A program made the position numbers and the translations under genes. Of a DNA stretch of 64,000 nt, positions 1 to 10,154 are shown piece after piece (position 1 is the first letter of the stretch; each line of letters begins with the position of its first letter). Source of the stretch: an uncultured delta proteobacterium. Lineage in GTDB: Bacteria > Myxococcota > B64-G9. The DNA lies in the NCBI GenBank assembly GCA_963754925.1, contig CAVWHX010000011.1:64001-128000 (forward strand), in the 5' to 3' direction. Below the pieces are notes generated by a model. That model had not been told where the DNA came from. It did not search any database and saw nothing but the letters and a program-made list of their open reading frames with translations.

Positions 1-95
1 AAAGCGAAAATAATTAGTTGAAAAAATATCCATGTATTGGAATAACTACTTAAAAAATGGGATGTTTGTCTAACTCAGATTCATAAGGAGGATCC

Positions 96-587
96 ATGGG
101 TACAAGCGATCATCGAACCTTGCTTCTGTGGATCGGTCTGTTCATGGCCGCACTCGCAGTGGGCAGTTGCTACCCCAAGCGCGTTGGTCCGATGGTGCCA
201 TCCGGGGAGCGACTCACCTGGCCGGAGATGAGCCACGAGCAGAAGAAGGCGCACATGACCGAGGTGGTTCTGCCCCGCGCCGCTGCGGTGTTTCGCGCCT
301 GGCGGCCGGATCGCTTCACTCAGGTTGATTGCACCCTGTGCCACGGCTCGGGGGCGATTGCCGGCACCTACCACATGCCCACCGACCACCTGCCGCGGCT
401 CAGCGGAGAGGCGCTGCTCGGGCCGGAGTTCAAGAAATATCCGGAAACCACCCGGCTGAAGCTGGACCGCCTGGTGCCGGTGATGAGCGAAGCCCTGGGC
501 CTGAAAAGTTTCAGCATCATAACCCACAGAGGGTTCGGCTGCTACTCCTGCCACCTCGGTCCCAACGGGCCGATGTTCGGACATTGA
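96..587 (+). CDS. Di-heme c-type cytochrome-like exported lipoprotein
   Basis: Hydrophobic N-terminus ending in VGSC; two CXXCH motifs (CTLCH, CYSCH); AGGAGG SD upstream. Confidence 0.75.
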   Translation: MGTSDHRTLLLWIGLFMAALAVGSCYPKRVGPMVPSGERLTWPEMSHEQKKAHMTEVVLPRAAAVFRAWRPDRFTQVDCTLCHGSGAIAGTYHMPTDHLPRLSGEALLGPEFKKYPETTRLKLDRLVPVMSEALGLKSFSIITHRGFGCYSCHLGPNGPMFGH

Positions 588-598
588 ATGCACAACGT

Positions 599-2329
599 TC
601 AATCGCTGCGGCGTAAATCGATCAAGCGCAATTGAATGGTGGTTTGACCGTTGAAGTCGTTGCGTTCGGGGGTATAGGCCACATCGACGTATCCGCGAAA
701 TTCCTCGAGACGCTCACCAATTCGAAACCCAATCACATCACAGGGCTTACCCTGGTCGAGCACTACCCCGCGCACATGAAACGGCGGCTTGTTGCCCACC
801 AACCGTGCCGATTTTACTTCAAGGTTGCGACCGACAAAAATGGGCTCGGGATTGCCGATGCCATGGGGCGCCAGCAGGTTAAGTTGAGAAATCAGATCGT
901 AGGTCCATACCGATGGCTGGATCTCCGCATCGATCCAGAGTTTTCGCGTCGCTCCTTTGCTGCGCCGCTTGTCTAAAATCTGTAAAAAGGCCCGTCGAAA
1001 ATCATCGAGCATTCCCCGATTAATAGTCAGGCCGGCGGCCGCGCTGTGCCCGCCAAAGGCGAGCAACGTGTCGGCGCAGGCCTGGAGACATTCATACAGA
1101 TGAATATCCTCGGTGCCGCGCGCCGAACCGCGGCATTCTTCGCCCGTGAGCGCAATCAACGCCACCGGACAGCCAAAGCGTTCAACCAGGCGAGATGCCA
1201 CGATACCCACCACCCCGACATGCCAATCCTCGGAGGCCAGAACCAACCCCGACACATCGCCCCGGGCGAGCTGCTCCTCCGCCTGGCGCATGGCGTCGTC
1301 TAATATCTCTTGCTCAATGGTCTGGCGTTCGGCGTTGGCTTGATCGAGTTCACGGGCAAGGGTAAGCGCCTGTTGATATGATTGGGTGGTAAGCAGTTCC
1401 ACCGCCTTGCTCGCTTGGTCAAGCCGTCCGATCGCGTTGATTCGCGGCGCCAGCCGAAATGCCACTTGGCCGACGGTCGTCTCCGCGCCGGACACCCCGG
1501 CAACTTCCTTGAGCGCGGCTATTCCGGGCCGCCGTCCGGCAGCCAACTCTCGCAATCCAAAATAGGTGAGAATACGGTTAGTCCCGACCAACGGCACCAT
1601 ATCGGCGACCGTGCCGAGGCTTACCAGATCGAGATATTCCCTCAAATTGGGTTCCGGTCGACTTTGAAAAAAGCCGCCTGAACGCAGCGACGCCCGCAAC
1701 GCCATCACCAATTCAAACACCACCCCGACCGCGGCCAGGTCTTTATCCGGGAAAGGACAGTCGTTTTGGTGCGGGTTGAGGATGGCAAGGGCATCGGGCA
1801 GCACCTCCGGAATTTGATGGTGATCGATGACGATGACGTCCAACCCGACCGATCGAGCTGCCCGAATCTCCGCAACGTCAGAAATCCCACAGTCGACGGT
1901 TATCAGCAAGGTAACACCGCGGCCGACGATTCCCGTGACCACCGCCTGGCTGAGACCATAGCCTTCTTTTTCGCGCGAAGGAATGTAGTACTCAACCGGC
2001 AGCCCAACCTGCCGCAACCATAACAACAACACCGCGGTCGAGGTCACGCCGTCTACGTCATAATCGCCAAAGATACATACCTTTTCGTCGGCTTTGATGG
2101 CCTGTTCCAAGCGAGCAACCGCGGCCGGCAACCCCAGCAGGGAATAGGGCTCCGGCAGATCGGTAAGCGCAGGGTGCAGAAACCGTACGGCGTCCGCCCG
2201 GTCGTCTATGCCGCGGGCATGAAGCACCTGGGCGACGACCGGTGGAACGTCGAGATCGGCGGCCACCTGCGCCGTGCGCTCCCGATCGACCGGCCGCACA
2301 TCCCAGGTCCAACGCGGTTTACCGATCAT
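599..2329 (-). CDS. recJ: ssDNA exonuclease RecJ
   Basis: GDYDVDG, TVDCG, IDHH, GTVADMVPL, APRINAIGRL, RGSARG, GGHSAAAG motifs. Confidence 0.97.
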   Translation of the reverse strand: MIGKPRWTWDVRPVDRERTAQVAADLDVPPVVAQVLHARGIDDRADAVRFLHPALTDLPEPYSLLGLPAAVARLEQAIKADEKVCIFGDYDVDGVTSTAVLLLWLRQVGLPVEYYIPSREKEGYGLSQAVVTGIVGRGVTLLITVDCGISDVAEIRAARSVGLDVIVIDHHQIPEVLPDALAILNPHQNDCPFPDKDLAAVGVVFELVMALRASLRSGGFFQSRPEPNLREYLDLVSLGTVADMVPLVGTNRILTYFGLRELAAGRRPGIAALKEVAGVSGAETTVGQVAFRLAPRINAIGRLDQASKAVELLTTQSYQQALTLARELDQANAERQTIEQEILDDAMRQAEEQLARGDVSGLVLASEDWHVGVVGIVASRLVERFGCPVALIALTGEECRGSARGTEDIHLYECLQACADTLLAFGGHSAAAGLTINRGMLDDFRRAFLQILDKRRSKGATRKLWIDAEIQPSVWTYDLISQLNLLAPHGIGNPEPIFVGRNLEVKSARLVGNKPPFHVRGVVLDQGKPCDVIGFRIGERLEEFRGYVDVAYTPERNDFNGQTTIQLRLIDLRRSD

Positions 2330-3504
2330 GCCGGTTTGATCTTCTTCATCCAGGTGTCAAACACTTGCGTGAGGGCGGATGCAACGTAAATACTCGAATA
2401 GGTGCCAAAAACAATACCGATGCCCATGACGATTGCGAATTCGCGGATCTCGCCGAAGCCCATAAACAGCAGACCCATCAGCGACAGGAAGGTGACCAGC
2501 GAGGTGTTGATGGTGCGCGAGAGCGTCTCGTTGAGGGCGATATTCATCTGCTTATCGAGCGGCTGCGTCTTGAAGCGCGCGATGTTCTCGCGGATGCGGT
2601 CGTAGATCACAATGGTGTCGTTGATCGAGTAGCCGACGATGGTCAGAATGGCCGCTACGAACGTCAGGTTAAACTCAATCCTGAACAGGGCGGCGATCCC
2701 CGTGGTGATAATCACGTCATGAAACAGCGCGATCACGGCGCCCGGGGAAAAGAGCACGTTGAACCGGAAGCCGACGTAGACCAATATGCCGAGCAACGCG
2801 TAGACCAACGATAGGATTCCGTCGTTACGCAGCTTCTTACCCACCTGCGGACCGACAAACTCCACCTTCCGAACGCTCGGTTCCTCTTGGGCAAACTTCT
2901 TCTTGAGCTCATTCTCAATCTGGGTGGCCACTCCGGTCATCAGCACGTTGTAGCGCTGTTCGTTTTCCTTGCCTTCCTTGCGCACCTTAATATTGGTCAG
3001 CTCGGGTTTATTGAGTTTTTGAGCTAGCTCCGTCAGCGTATTTTGGATCTCGCCTTCATCGGTCGGCTTTGCGAAGGTCAATTCGAATTGATCGCCCGCA
3101 TCGGGATCAAACCGTATAAAGGTAAGGCGTTGTCCAAATTTCTCTTTGAGGCTCGTTTCCAGTGCAACCTTGTCGCTGTCGCTGAGGATGGCGATGCGCT
3201 CAACGCGGATCATGTATTCGACCTGGCCCTCTTTGCCGGCAAAAAAGGCGTGCTGGATGACGCTCTTTTCATAGCCGAGCTGCTCGACCGCCTTACGCAC
3301 CTGCTCGATGGGAACTTCCTTCTTAAACTCAAGTTCGATCACCGTGCCGCCGGCAAAGTCGACCCCCCAATTGAGAGTGCCGCTCAGTTGCCGCCAGACC
3401 ACAACAACGATCGAGAGCGTTACCAAACAGGCGGAGATGGTCATCCAGAGATTCCGTTTGCCCATAAAATCGATCTTCAATGAACCTGGCGTAAAGAATT
3501 CCAT
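2326..3504 (-). CDS. secF: Protein translocase subunit SecF
   Basis: GVDFAGG, VGPQVG, GYSINDTIVIYDRIRE, TLSRTINTS; adjacent to secD. Confidence 0.97.
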   Translation of the reverse strand: MEFFTPGSLKIDFMGKRNLWMTISACLVTLSIVVVVWRQLSGTLNWGVDFAGGTVIELEFKKEVPIEQVRKAVEQLGYEKSVIQHAFFAGKEGQVEYMIRVERIAILSDSDKVALETSLKEKFGQRLTFIRFDPDAGDQFELTFAKPTDEGEIQNTLTELAQKLNKPELTNIKVRKEGKENEQRYNVLMTGVATQIENELKKKFAQEEPSVRKVEFVGPQVGKKLRNDGILSLVYALLGILVYVGFRFNVLFSPGAVIALFHDVIITTGIAALFRIEFNLTFVAAILTIVGYSINDTIVIYDRIRENIARFKTQPLDKQMNIALNETLSRTINTSLVTFLSLMGLLFMGFGEIREFAIVMGIGIVFGTYSSIYVASALTQVFDTWMKKIKPA

Positions 3505-3534
3505 ATAGTTCCTCCGGCCAATTCTCCGGCTGCG

Positions 3535-5619
3535 TTAGACGCTGAGTTTTTCCGCTTTGCGATGGATGGTGATCCAATCCATGACCACGCGGGTGACAAA
3601 AATGGCGGTGAACATCGAGGCGATCAGGCCGATAATCAAGGTGACCGCAAAGCCCTGGACCGGACCCGAGCCATACGACCAGAGAACTACCCCGGATATG
3701 AGCGTCGTGAAATTGGAATCGAAGATGGTCCAAAATGCCCGCGCATACCCGGTATCGACCGCGGCGCGCGGCGTCTTGCCCAGCCGCAGCTCTTCGCGAA
3801 TACGCTCGTTGATGATAACGTTGGCGTCGACCGCCATACCCAGCGTCAGCACTATGCCGGCCATTCCAGGCAACGTCAGGGTGGCCTGCAGGGCGGCCAT
3901 GACGGCGAGAATGAACAAGGCGTTCAGCAACAAGGCGCAGTCGGCTATCAAACCCGAGATGCCGTAATAGACCGCCATAAATAATATCGTCAGGGCAAAT
4001 CCAATCGCCAACGCCCAGGTGCCTTGCCTGAGCGCATCCTCGCCCATGGTCGGGCCGACCGTCCGCTCTTCCAGGATTTGAATCGGCGCGGGCAACGCTC
4101 CGGCGCGCAGCACTACCGCCAGATCGTTGGCCTCGTTGAGGGTCTCGTTTTGGTTGCGCCCGGCGCCCAAGGTGATGCGCGCCCGGCCGCCGCCGATACG
4201 TGTTTGAATCACAGGCGCCGAGTTAACCTCGCCTTCGAGAACGATCGCCATGCGCTCCCCGACATGCTCGCCGGTAAGTTTCTCAAACTTAAGGCCACCG
4301 ATCCGGTCGAAGGTCAGCGACACCTCCGGCGCCCCGGTCTCGGGATCCGGCTGTACCCGGGCATCCGTAATGTAGTCGCCGGTCAATGACGCCGCGGAAT
4401 TCAGATAGTACGTCCGATAGGTCGTTTCGAGTTGCGATTCTTTACGACCGTAAGCGATCTCATGGCCCGCGGGAACTTTCCCTTTGAGCAACTCAAGAAA
4501 TTCGGCGTACGCGGTTTTTGGCTTCTCTGTTGCACCCGACGGCGGAGAAGTGATTTCCTTGCTCGTCGGCTTATTCTCTTCAACGCGGCCGCTGCTTGGC
4601 CCGGGCGCCGGCTCTGGTTGAAGGACCTCTTCCCCGGCTGCCTTCTCTTCAGGGGTGCCAAGGACCTGCAGCGCCAATTTTTGTATCTGTATATGTTCAG
4701 ATGACGTGATCCCATTTTTCGCTAACTCAAGGATCTCGGAGATGGTTTTTGGATCAACCTTTTTATCCTTCAAGAATGCTTCCATTTCGGAAACATTGTT
4801 GAAAAAGTCCATCAGGCGATCCTTTCCCTCGACGCCGGTGCCTTTAGCGTAAAGGAAATATTCAGTTACCGCCTCGCCGCCGGGTCCGCGCGAGACGGTG
4901 CTATCCATATGGATTCCTTCCGGCAGCTTATTTCTCAACTTCTGAATGAAATCGCTTTTGTCATCCACTATCTTGAATTCGAGCTGCGCGGTGCGACCGA
5001 GGAGTTTTTTCGCTCGCTCCGGATCAAAATTGCCCTCACCCGCCTTATAGGGAATCTGAACCAGGATCCCGTTTTCGCCGGCCGGGGCGATGGTCGGCTC
5101 GGACACGCCGAATTCGTCGATGCGGTTACGTATGGTCATACGAGCCTGGTCACGAGCATTCTTACGCAGATCATTGACGTAGGCGGGATCAAAGGTCACG
5201 CGAACAATGCCGCGACTTTCGTCGGTGCCCTCGGTGACCTTCAGTTTATAATTTTCCAAAACGCGCTTGCGAAGTTTTGTAATGTCGCTGCTGCTCTCCA
5301 ATTCAAATTGGATATCGTAGGTGCCCGGGATGTGCGTGATGCTCTTATACGGAATGAGGTTTTCCTTCAAAGCATCTCGGAAATCGTTGACATACTGATC
5401 GGCTTTGTCCTCTAAGGCCTTCTCAACTTCCACTCCCAGCACGAGATGTATGCCACCCTGAAGATCGAGACCAAGGTTGATGCGCTTGTTGAAAAACCCG
5501 GTATACCATTCCGGGAGTTTTTCCGGTATGAACGTTGGCAGAAGGTACCCAACCGATCCCAGCGTGAGTACAACCACGAGAGCAACCTTCCAATACCAGG
5601 CTTTCTCCATCGCATTCAT
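3535..5619 (-). CDS. secD: Protein translocase subunit SecD
   Basis: LGLDLQGG, RNRIDEFGVSEP, LRAGALPAP, GMAVDANVIINERIREE. Confidence 0.97.
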   Translation of the reverse strand: MNAMEKAWYWKVALVVVLTLGSVGYLLPTFIPEKLPEWYTGFFNKRINLGLDLQGGIHLVLGVEVEKALEDKADQYVNDFRDALKENLIPYKSITHIPGTYDIQFELESSSDITKLRKRVLENYKLKVTEGTDESRGIVRVTFDPAYVNDLRKNARDQARMTIRNRIDEFGVSEPTIAPAGENGILVQIPYKAGEGNFDPERAKKLLGRTAQLEFKIVDDKSDFIQKLRNKLPEGIHMDSTVSRGPGGEAVTEYFLYAKGTGVEGKDRLMDFFNNVSEMEAFLKDKKVDPKTISEILELAKNGITSSEHIQIQKLALQVLGTPEEKAAGEEVLQPEPAPGPSSGRVEENKPTSKEITSPPSGATEKPKTAYAEFLELLKGKVPAGHEIAYGRKESQLETTYRTYYLNSAASLTGDYITDARVQPDPETGAPEVSLTFDRIGGLKFEKLTGEHVGERMAIVLEGEVNSAPVIQTRIGGGRARITLGAGRNQNETLNEANDLAVVLRAGALPAPIQILEERTVGPTMGEDALRQGTWALAIGFALTILFMAVYYGISGLIADCALLLNALFILAVMAALQATLTLPGMAGIVLTLGMAVDANVIINERIREELRLGKTPRAAVDTGYARAFWTIFDSNFTTLISGVVLWSYGSGPVQGFAVTLIIGLIASMFTAIFVTRVVMDWITIHRKAEKLSV

Positions 5620-5624
5620 CTCCT

Positions 5625-5697
5625 TAGAGACTGTTAGCGCGCGAGCGTAAGCGAGCGAGGCTTACCGTCTCTTATCCTCGGGGCAATCTCTTATCCC
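5625..5697 (+). repeat. TAGAG-stem-loop-CTC-TTATCC short repeat (unit U1) plus partial second copy
   Basis: TA GAGACTGT..ACCGTCTC TTATCC; same pattern at 7498, 7630, 23558, 27628, 48446, 48493. Confidence 0.75.
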
Positions 5698-5707
5698 TTG
5701 AGTCAGC

Positions 5708-6079
5708 TTATTTTGTATCTGCGGCTCCCATGTCCTCTGTCTTCTCGGTGGGAGCGGGTCCGGCGATTTGACTGCGCACCAACCGGATGTGAACGCTCTT
5801 TGCAATTTCCAACGTCACCACGGTATCGGTCAAGTTGGTAATCGTTCCGAAGATGCCCGACGCGGTCAACACCCGATCGCCCTTCTTTAGGGCAGCCAGC
5901 ATTTCCCGTTGCTTTTTTTGTTGCTTTTGCTGGGGTCGGATGATCAAAAAGAAAATAATCACAAAGATGACTAAGATGAAAAACCCCATGTTGAGCATCT
6001 GTTGCCATCCGCCGGATTGCCCGGTACCCGCTCCGCCCTCGGCTTGTTGCGCTACCAGCGCCAATATAAGCTTTTCCAC
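5708..6079 (-). CDS. yajC: Preprotein translocase subunit YajC
   Basis: FFLIIRPQQK, LKKGDRVLTASGIFG; between tgt and secD. Confidence 0.96.
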   Translation of the reverse strand: MEKLILALVAQQAEGGAGTGQSGGWQQMLNMGFFILVIFVIIFFLIIRPQQKQQKKQREMLAALKKGDRVLTASGIFGTITNLTDTVVTLEIAKSVHIRLVRSQIAGPAPTEKTEDMGAADTK

Positions 6080-6252
6080 TTATAACTCCTCTTATGTATT
6101 GTTGAAAATTACATCAACCTAATAATTAACGTACCAGAACAAGTAACCCCCTTTAGCAGAAGCTACTAGGTAGATCAAATGTTTTTTTCCTCACACTATA
6201 ATAGGTCACTTCGGAACGTACCTGTTACCTTGCCAATTGTTCTATAGTCGTT

Positions 6253-6289
6253 CCCTTCTCCCGCGAGCGGGAGAAGGTTGGGATGAGGG
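6253..6289. repeat. REP-like GC-rich hairpin, possible terminator or stabiliser downstream of tgt
   Basis: CCTTCTCCCGC-GA-GCGGGAGAAGG palindrome followed by GGATGAGGG. Confidence 0.6.
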
Positions 6290-6319
6290 CGGGAGAGGTA
6301 TTTTCCTGAGTAGAAACGT

Positions 6320-7447
6320 TTATCGCTTATCCGATACTTCAAGTTGTCTTATCGTGCCTTCAGCCCATGCCGAATAATTTCCGTTCTCGATGGCGTTTTG
6401 TATCCGCCGCATGAGCTCGGCATAGAAAAATAAGTTATGTAACGTATTCAAGCGAAACCCTAACATCTCATTTGCCATGAACAAATGACGTAGGTACGAT
6501 CGACTAAAACGCCGGCAGGCGGGACAGTCGCAATCCGGATCGACAGGCTCGCGCTCGCGGGCGTGCTTCTGGTTTCGAATCTGCAGCGGGCCGTGCCAGG
6601 TGAACAGTTGACCGTTTCTAGCGTTGCGGGTGGGGATAACGCAGTCAAATAGGTCCACTCCCGCCTGCACGGCGCGGATAATGTCCGCAGGCTTTCCCAT
6701 GCCCATGAGGTAGCGCGGTCGATCCTGCGGCATGCGCGGCGCGAGCGTGGCTATCATGTCGGCCGTAGCCGCGGGGTCCTCGCCCACCGATAAACCACCG
6801 ATGGCCAACCCCTCGAAGGGCAATGCAGCAATCTCCTCCAGATGGCGCAGGCGCACGTTGGCATCCAACCCACCCTGAACAATGCCGAATAATGCCCCGG
6901 CCTGTGGACTGCGCGCGTCGAGGCAGCGCTTGGCCCAACGAGTGGTGCGTCGCAGAGAATCTTCCAGGTACGAGCGGCTGACATCGTGGGCTGGGCATTC
7001 GTCAAGTACCATCATGATATCGGACCCCAGCGCCTCTTGAATGGCGATGGCGCGTTCGGGGCTTAGGTGTTGGAGGCTGCCGTCGAGGTGGCTGCGAAAT
7101 TCCACTCCCTGCTCGGATATCGTGCGCAATTCCGCCAGACTGAACACTTGATAACCGCCGCTGTCGGTGAGGATGGATCCGTCCCACGCCATGAAGCGAT
7201 GCAGCCCGCCCTGCTCGGCGATTATCTCTGGTCCCGGTCGAAGCATGAGGTGATAGGTGTTCCCGAGAATAAGGCCAAACCCCAGCGCTTTGAGCTCTTC
7301 CGGATCGCAGGCTTTAACCGACCCGGCCGATCCAACCGGCATGAATACCGGTGTCGGTATCGCACCCCGGCGGGTGGTGAGCAGACCCGACCGCGCGTTG
7401 CCAATCGGGTCCTTCTTCGTGACTTCAAAATGTAAGCGTGTGTCCAT
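6320..7447 (-). CDS. tgt: tRNA-guanine transglycosylase
   Basis: TPVFMPVG, NTYHL, LTDSGGYQVFS, DCVIPTRNAR, Zn site CDCPAC; start taken at MDTRL. Confidence 0.97.
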   Translation of the reverse strand: MDTRLHFEVTKKDPIGNARSGLLTTRRGAIPTPVFMPVGSAGSVKACDPEELKALGFGLILGNTYHLMLRPGPEIIAEQGGLHRFMAWDGSILTDSGGYQVFSLAELRTISEQGVEFRSHLDGSLQHLSPERAIAIQEALGSDIMMVLDECPAHDVSRSYLEDSLRRTTRWAKRCLDARSPQAGALFGIVQGGLDANVRLRHLEEIAALPFEGLAIGGLSVGEDPAATADMIATLAPRMPQDRPRYLMGMGKPADIIRAVQAGVDLFDCVIPTRNARNGQLFTWHGPLQIRNQKHAREREPVDPDCDCPACRRFSRSYLRHLFMANEMLGFRLNTLHNLFFYAELMRRIQNAIENGNYSAWAEGTIRQLEVSDKR

Positions 7448-7497
7448 GCTGGATGACCTTCTCACCTGAGCGCGCCGGGTCCTGCCGCCTTGCATCT

Positions 7498-7630
7498 TAG
7501 AGATTGTTGCCGAGCTGAGCGAGGCTTACAATCTCTTATCCATCGAGCGAAGCGAGATGCGGCCCCGTTCGGCGGGCCCTTAAAAGGATAAGAGACTGTA
7601 ACCCTCACTTTCGTGAGGTAACAGTCTCTA
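7498..7630. repeat. Composite palindromic element: two inverted units (U2, U3) around a GC-rich core, bounded by TA at both ends
   Basis: TAGAGATTGT..ACAATCTC TTATCC - core - GGATAA GAGACTGT..ACAGTCTCTA. Confidence 0.8.
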
Positions 7631-7682
7631 AGGGCCCCCTGCTCGGCGTCACCCAACGCGCAATGGATTCCCAAGAACACAT

Positions 7683-8747
7683 TCACTCCAAAAACATCGC
7701 GTCGCCGTAAGAAAAGAAGCGGTACTCCCGCGCAACCGCCTCCCGATACGCCGCCAGCACCCGATCGCGCCCGCGGAACGCGCACACGAGCATCAGCAGG
7801 GTCGAACCGGGCAAATGAAAATTTGTCAGCAGAGCGTCGATTACTCGAAAGGTCGATCCTGGCCGTAGGAACAGGCGTGTCTCAGAGGCGCCCGGCTGCA
7901 CCCCGCCGTCCCAAAAAGCCGTCTCGAGCGCGCGCACCACGGTAGTACCAACCGCCACCACCCGCTTTCCCTTCCTCTTAGCAGCAGCGATAGCCGCCGC
8001 GGTCTGTGCTGAAATAGTAAAGCGCTCGGCATGCATAACATGCTCATCCAATGCCTCCCCCCGTATTGGTTGGAACGTTCCGAAACCGACGTGGAGCGTT
8101 ATATACGCGAGCTCTACACCGTGCGTTCGTAGCGTACCGAGCAACTCCTCGGTGAAATGGAGGCCGGCGGTCGGCGCCGCTACCGCCCCCGGATCGCGCG
8201 CAAAAACTGTCTGGTAGCGTTCTCGATCCAATTCCTCATTCCCGTTTTTGATTCTGCGCTTGATATAGGGCGGAAGCGGAACCTCGCCATGACGGTTGAG
8301 ATACTCTAGGCTCTCCTGGGGCAGATCTAATACCACGATGACTTCGGCGTTATCCAACGAACGTTCTGCAACCTGCGCGATACCGCCGGCGGGTAGGTAC
8401 ACCTCACTACCCGCCCGCACGGGTTTGGAAGCCTTCCATAAACAACTCCAGCGCTGGTAGAATCTGCCGCCATCAAACCGTGTTGTTCCCACGGGCCGAT
8501 CGAGCAGAATCTCAACCTTTCCGCCGCTCGGCTTACGGCCGTGCAAGCGCGCCGGGATGACCCGGGTATCGTTGAGCACCAATAAATCCCCAGACTTAAG
8601 CAAGCTGCCGAATTCGTGAAAAGAGCGGTGTTCACAGGGGGCGTCGCTTTCGGGTATCACCAGTAACCGGGAGCCGTCCCGACGGGGTGCCGGCGTCTGA
8701 GCAATCAGCCGCTCGGGGAGATCGTACATGAAGTCAGCTACGCGCAT
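7683..8747 (-). CDS. queA: S-adenosylmethionine:tRNA ribosyltransferase-isomerase
   Basis: YDLPERLIAQ, NDTRVIPARL, AAPTAGLHF, TNFHLP, FFSYGDAM; ATG overlaps upstream stop. Confidence 0.97.
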   Translation of the reverse strand: MRVADFMYDLPERLIAQTPAPRRDGSRLLVIPESDAPCEHRSFHEFGSLLKSGDLLVLNDTRVIPARLHGRKPSGGKVEILLDRPVGTTRFDGGRFYQRWSCLWKASKPVRAGSEVYLPAGGIAQVAERSLDNAEVIVVLDLPQESLEYLNRHGEVPLPPYIKRRIKNGNEELDRERYQTVFARDPGAVAAPTAGLHFTEELLGTLRTHGVELAYITLHVGFGTFQPIRGEALDEHVMHAERFTISAQTAAAIAAAKRKGKRVVAVGTTVVRALETAFWDGGVQPGASETRLFLRPGSTFRVIDALLTNFHLPGSTLLMLVCAFRGRDRVLAAYREAVAREYRFFSYGDAMFLE

Positions 8748-9859
8748 TAGTATAACTTCCGGAGCTGACAGCCGGGATAGTAACGCCTGAGAATGGCCCG
8801 GTAATCCTGGCCCCGCAGGGCCATACCTCGCGCACCCCATTGACACATCCCCACCCCATGACCATACCCCCGACCTTGGAATCGTATCGTGCCCCGTTCG
8901 AGCTGCCAGGAAAATCGACCGCTCAAGAGAATGCCACCCAAAAGCACCCGCAGCTGTTCGCGGGTGACAAACAAGCTTTGCCTGCCCTGGTCGGCGCTTA
9001 TCTCCATTCCCGTGCGGCCGCCGGAGCTGGTTGCCTCCCGCACGTCATCAACGCGTGCGTTGCTCTTGCCGGCTTTGGTGAGTATCTCACTGAGCTGCCC
9101 GAGCGTCAGCTCAGCCTTCCACTGAGCATGCGGACAGTCGCGGCAATCGGGGTCCTGCACCGCCACCAGATAGGCGCGCTTACTCCCAAAAACTTCCTCC
9201 GCCGAGCGCGTCCCGCCGCCGCAACAACTATGAAACAACGTTTCGGCCGGAATGTTGCCGTACGTCAGCACCTCGCCGTCCGTTTTTTCCACGGCGGCGC
9301 GCACCTGATCGCCGACCTTAGCGATACCGCTATAAACCTGATCGAGGGTGCCGACCGAGACATCAAAATCCTCACCCTGACGGAAGACCATCCGGCGAAG
9401 GCCAAACGTCCTGGCCGCCACCGCCTGCGCCTTGAGGGCTTCCATCGGCCATTGCTCGCCCATTTCGGCGGCGATCACCCCTTCTATGTAAATCTCAAGC
9501 GGCAGATTGTTGTACACGGCTAACCCGCTTGCGGACCAGGCAACCTCTACTTCACCGGTCAGCCGCCGATCGTCAATCTGCAACGGTCCGTTGCCGGTTA
9601 TGATGACCGACCGCGGTAAGAATTTTATACCCGCGATCTCGATGCCTTCCTTACCGGCGCGCAATTTCGCAGCGCCGTCTTTGGGGCGGATAAGTTCGTC
9701 GCGAACGTCCGCGTCCAGGAGGCGAAGATCCTTGGCCTTGACGGAAAGCTCCTGAAGATTGGCGGCGACCGCCAACCGAATCGAATAATCCCCTTCGGCG
9801 GCAAAAACAAACACCGGAACAAGCAACATCAAAACAACCAAGCAATAAAAAGAACGCAT
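8747..9859 (-). CDS. SpoIID/LytB domain peptidoglycan hydrolase
   Basis: EALKAQAVAART, FHSCCGG, GYGHGVGMCQWGA; signal peptide. Confidence 0.92.
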   Translation of the reverse strand: MRSFYCLVVLMLLVPVFVFAAEGDYSIRLAVAANLQELSVKAKDLRLLDADVRDELIRPKDGAAKLRAGKEGIEIAGIKFLPRSVIITGNGPLQIDDRRLTGEVEVAWSASGLAVYNNLPLEIYIEGVIAAEMGEQWPMEALKAQAVAARTFGLRRMVFRQGEDFDVSVGTLDQVYSGIAKVGDQVRAAVEKTDGEVLTYGNIPAETLFHSCCGGGTRSAEEVFGSKRAYLVAVQDPDCRDCPHAQWKAELTLGQLSEILTKAGKSNARVDDVREATSSGGRTGMEISADQGRQSLFVTREQLRVLLGGILLSGRFSWQLERGTIRFQGRGYGHGVGMCQWGARGMALRGQDYRAILRRYYPGCQLRKLY

Positions 9860-10015
9860 ACATTCTTCTCCAGGTAACACCTGATCAATCGAGCCGAATG
9901 CAACACTCACCGGTAGGGATTGTCAAGTAAGTAAGAAACACTGCGGTGAACCACCCCGCCGAGGATTAACCTATCCGCCTTCTGAATATTCTGATAAATG
10001 ATATGACATACGAAG

Positions 10016-10087
10016 ATAGAAAGAAAATTGTTGTGAAAAATTCGGAAAGAGATTATTTTTTAATTTCAATTAAGTCAAGCGGGATCC
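10016..10087 (+). repeat. AT-rich non-coding segment homologous to 18105-18175
   Basis: Collinear ATAGAAA..TTGTTGTGAAAA..AAGAGATTAT..TTTCAA..GGGATCC in both copies. Confidence 0.65.
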
Positions 10088-10154
10088 GCGATCGAAATAG
10101 TATAAACCAATGATACGTCCTGATGAGGGCTAGTACGTAAAGAAGAGTCACCGA

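Noticed and set aside
10093..10135. CGAAA..CTGATGAG resembling a hammerhead ribozyme core
   Set aside because: The three required stems could not be formed.
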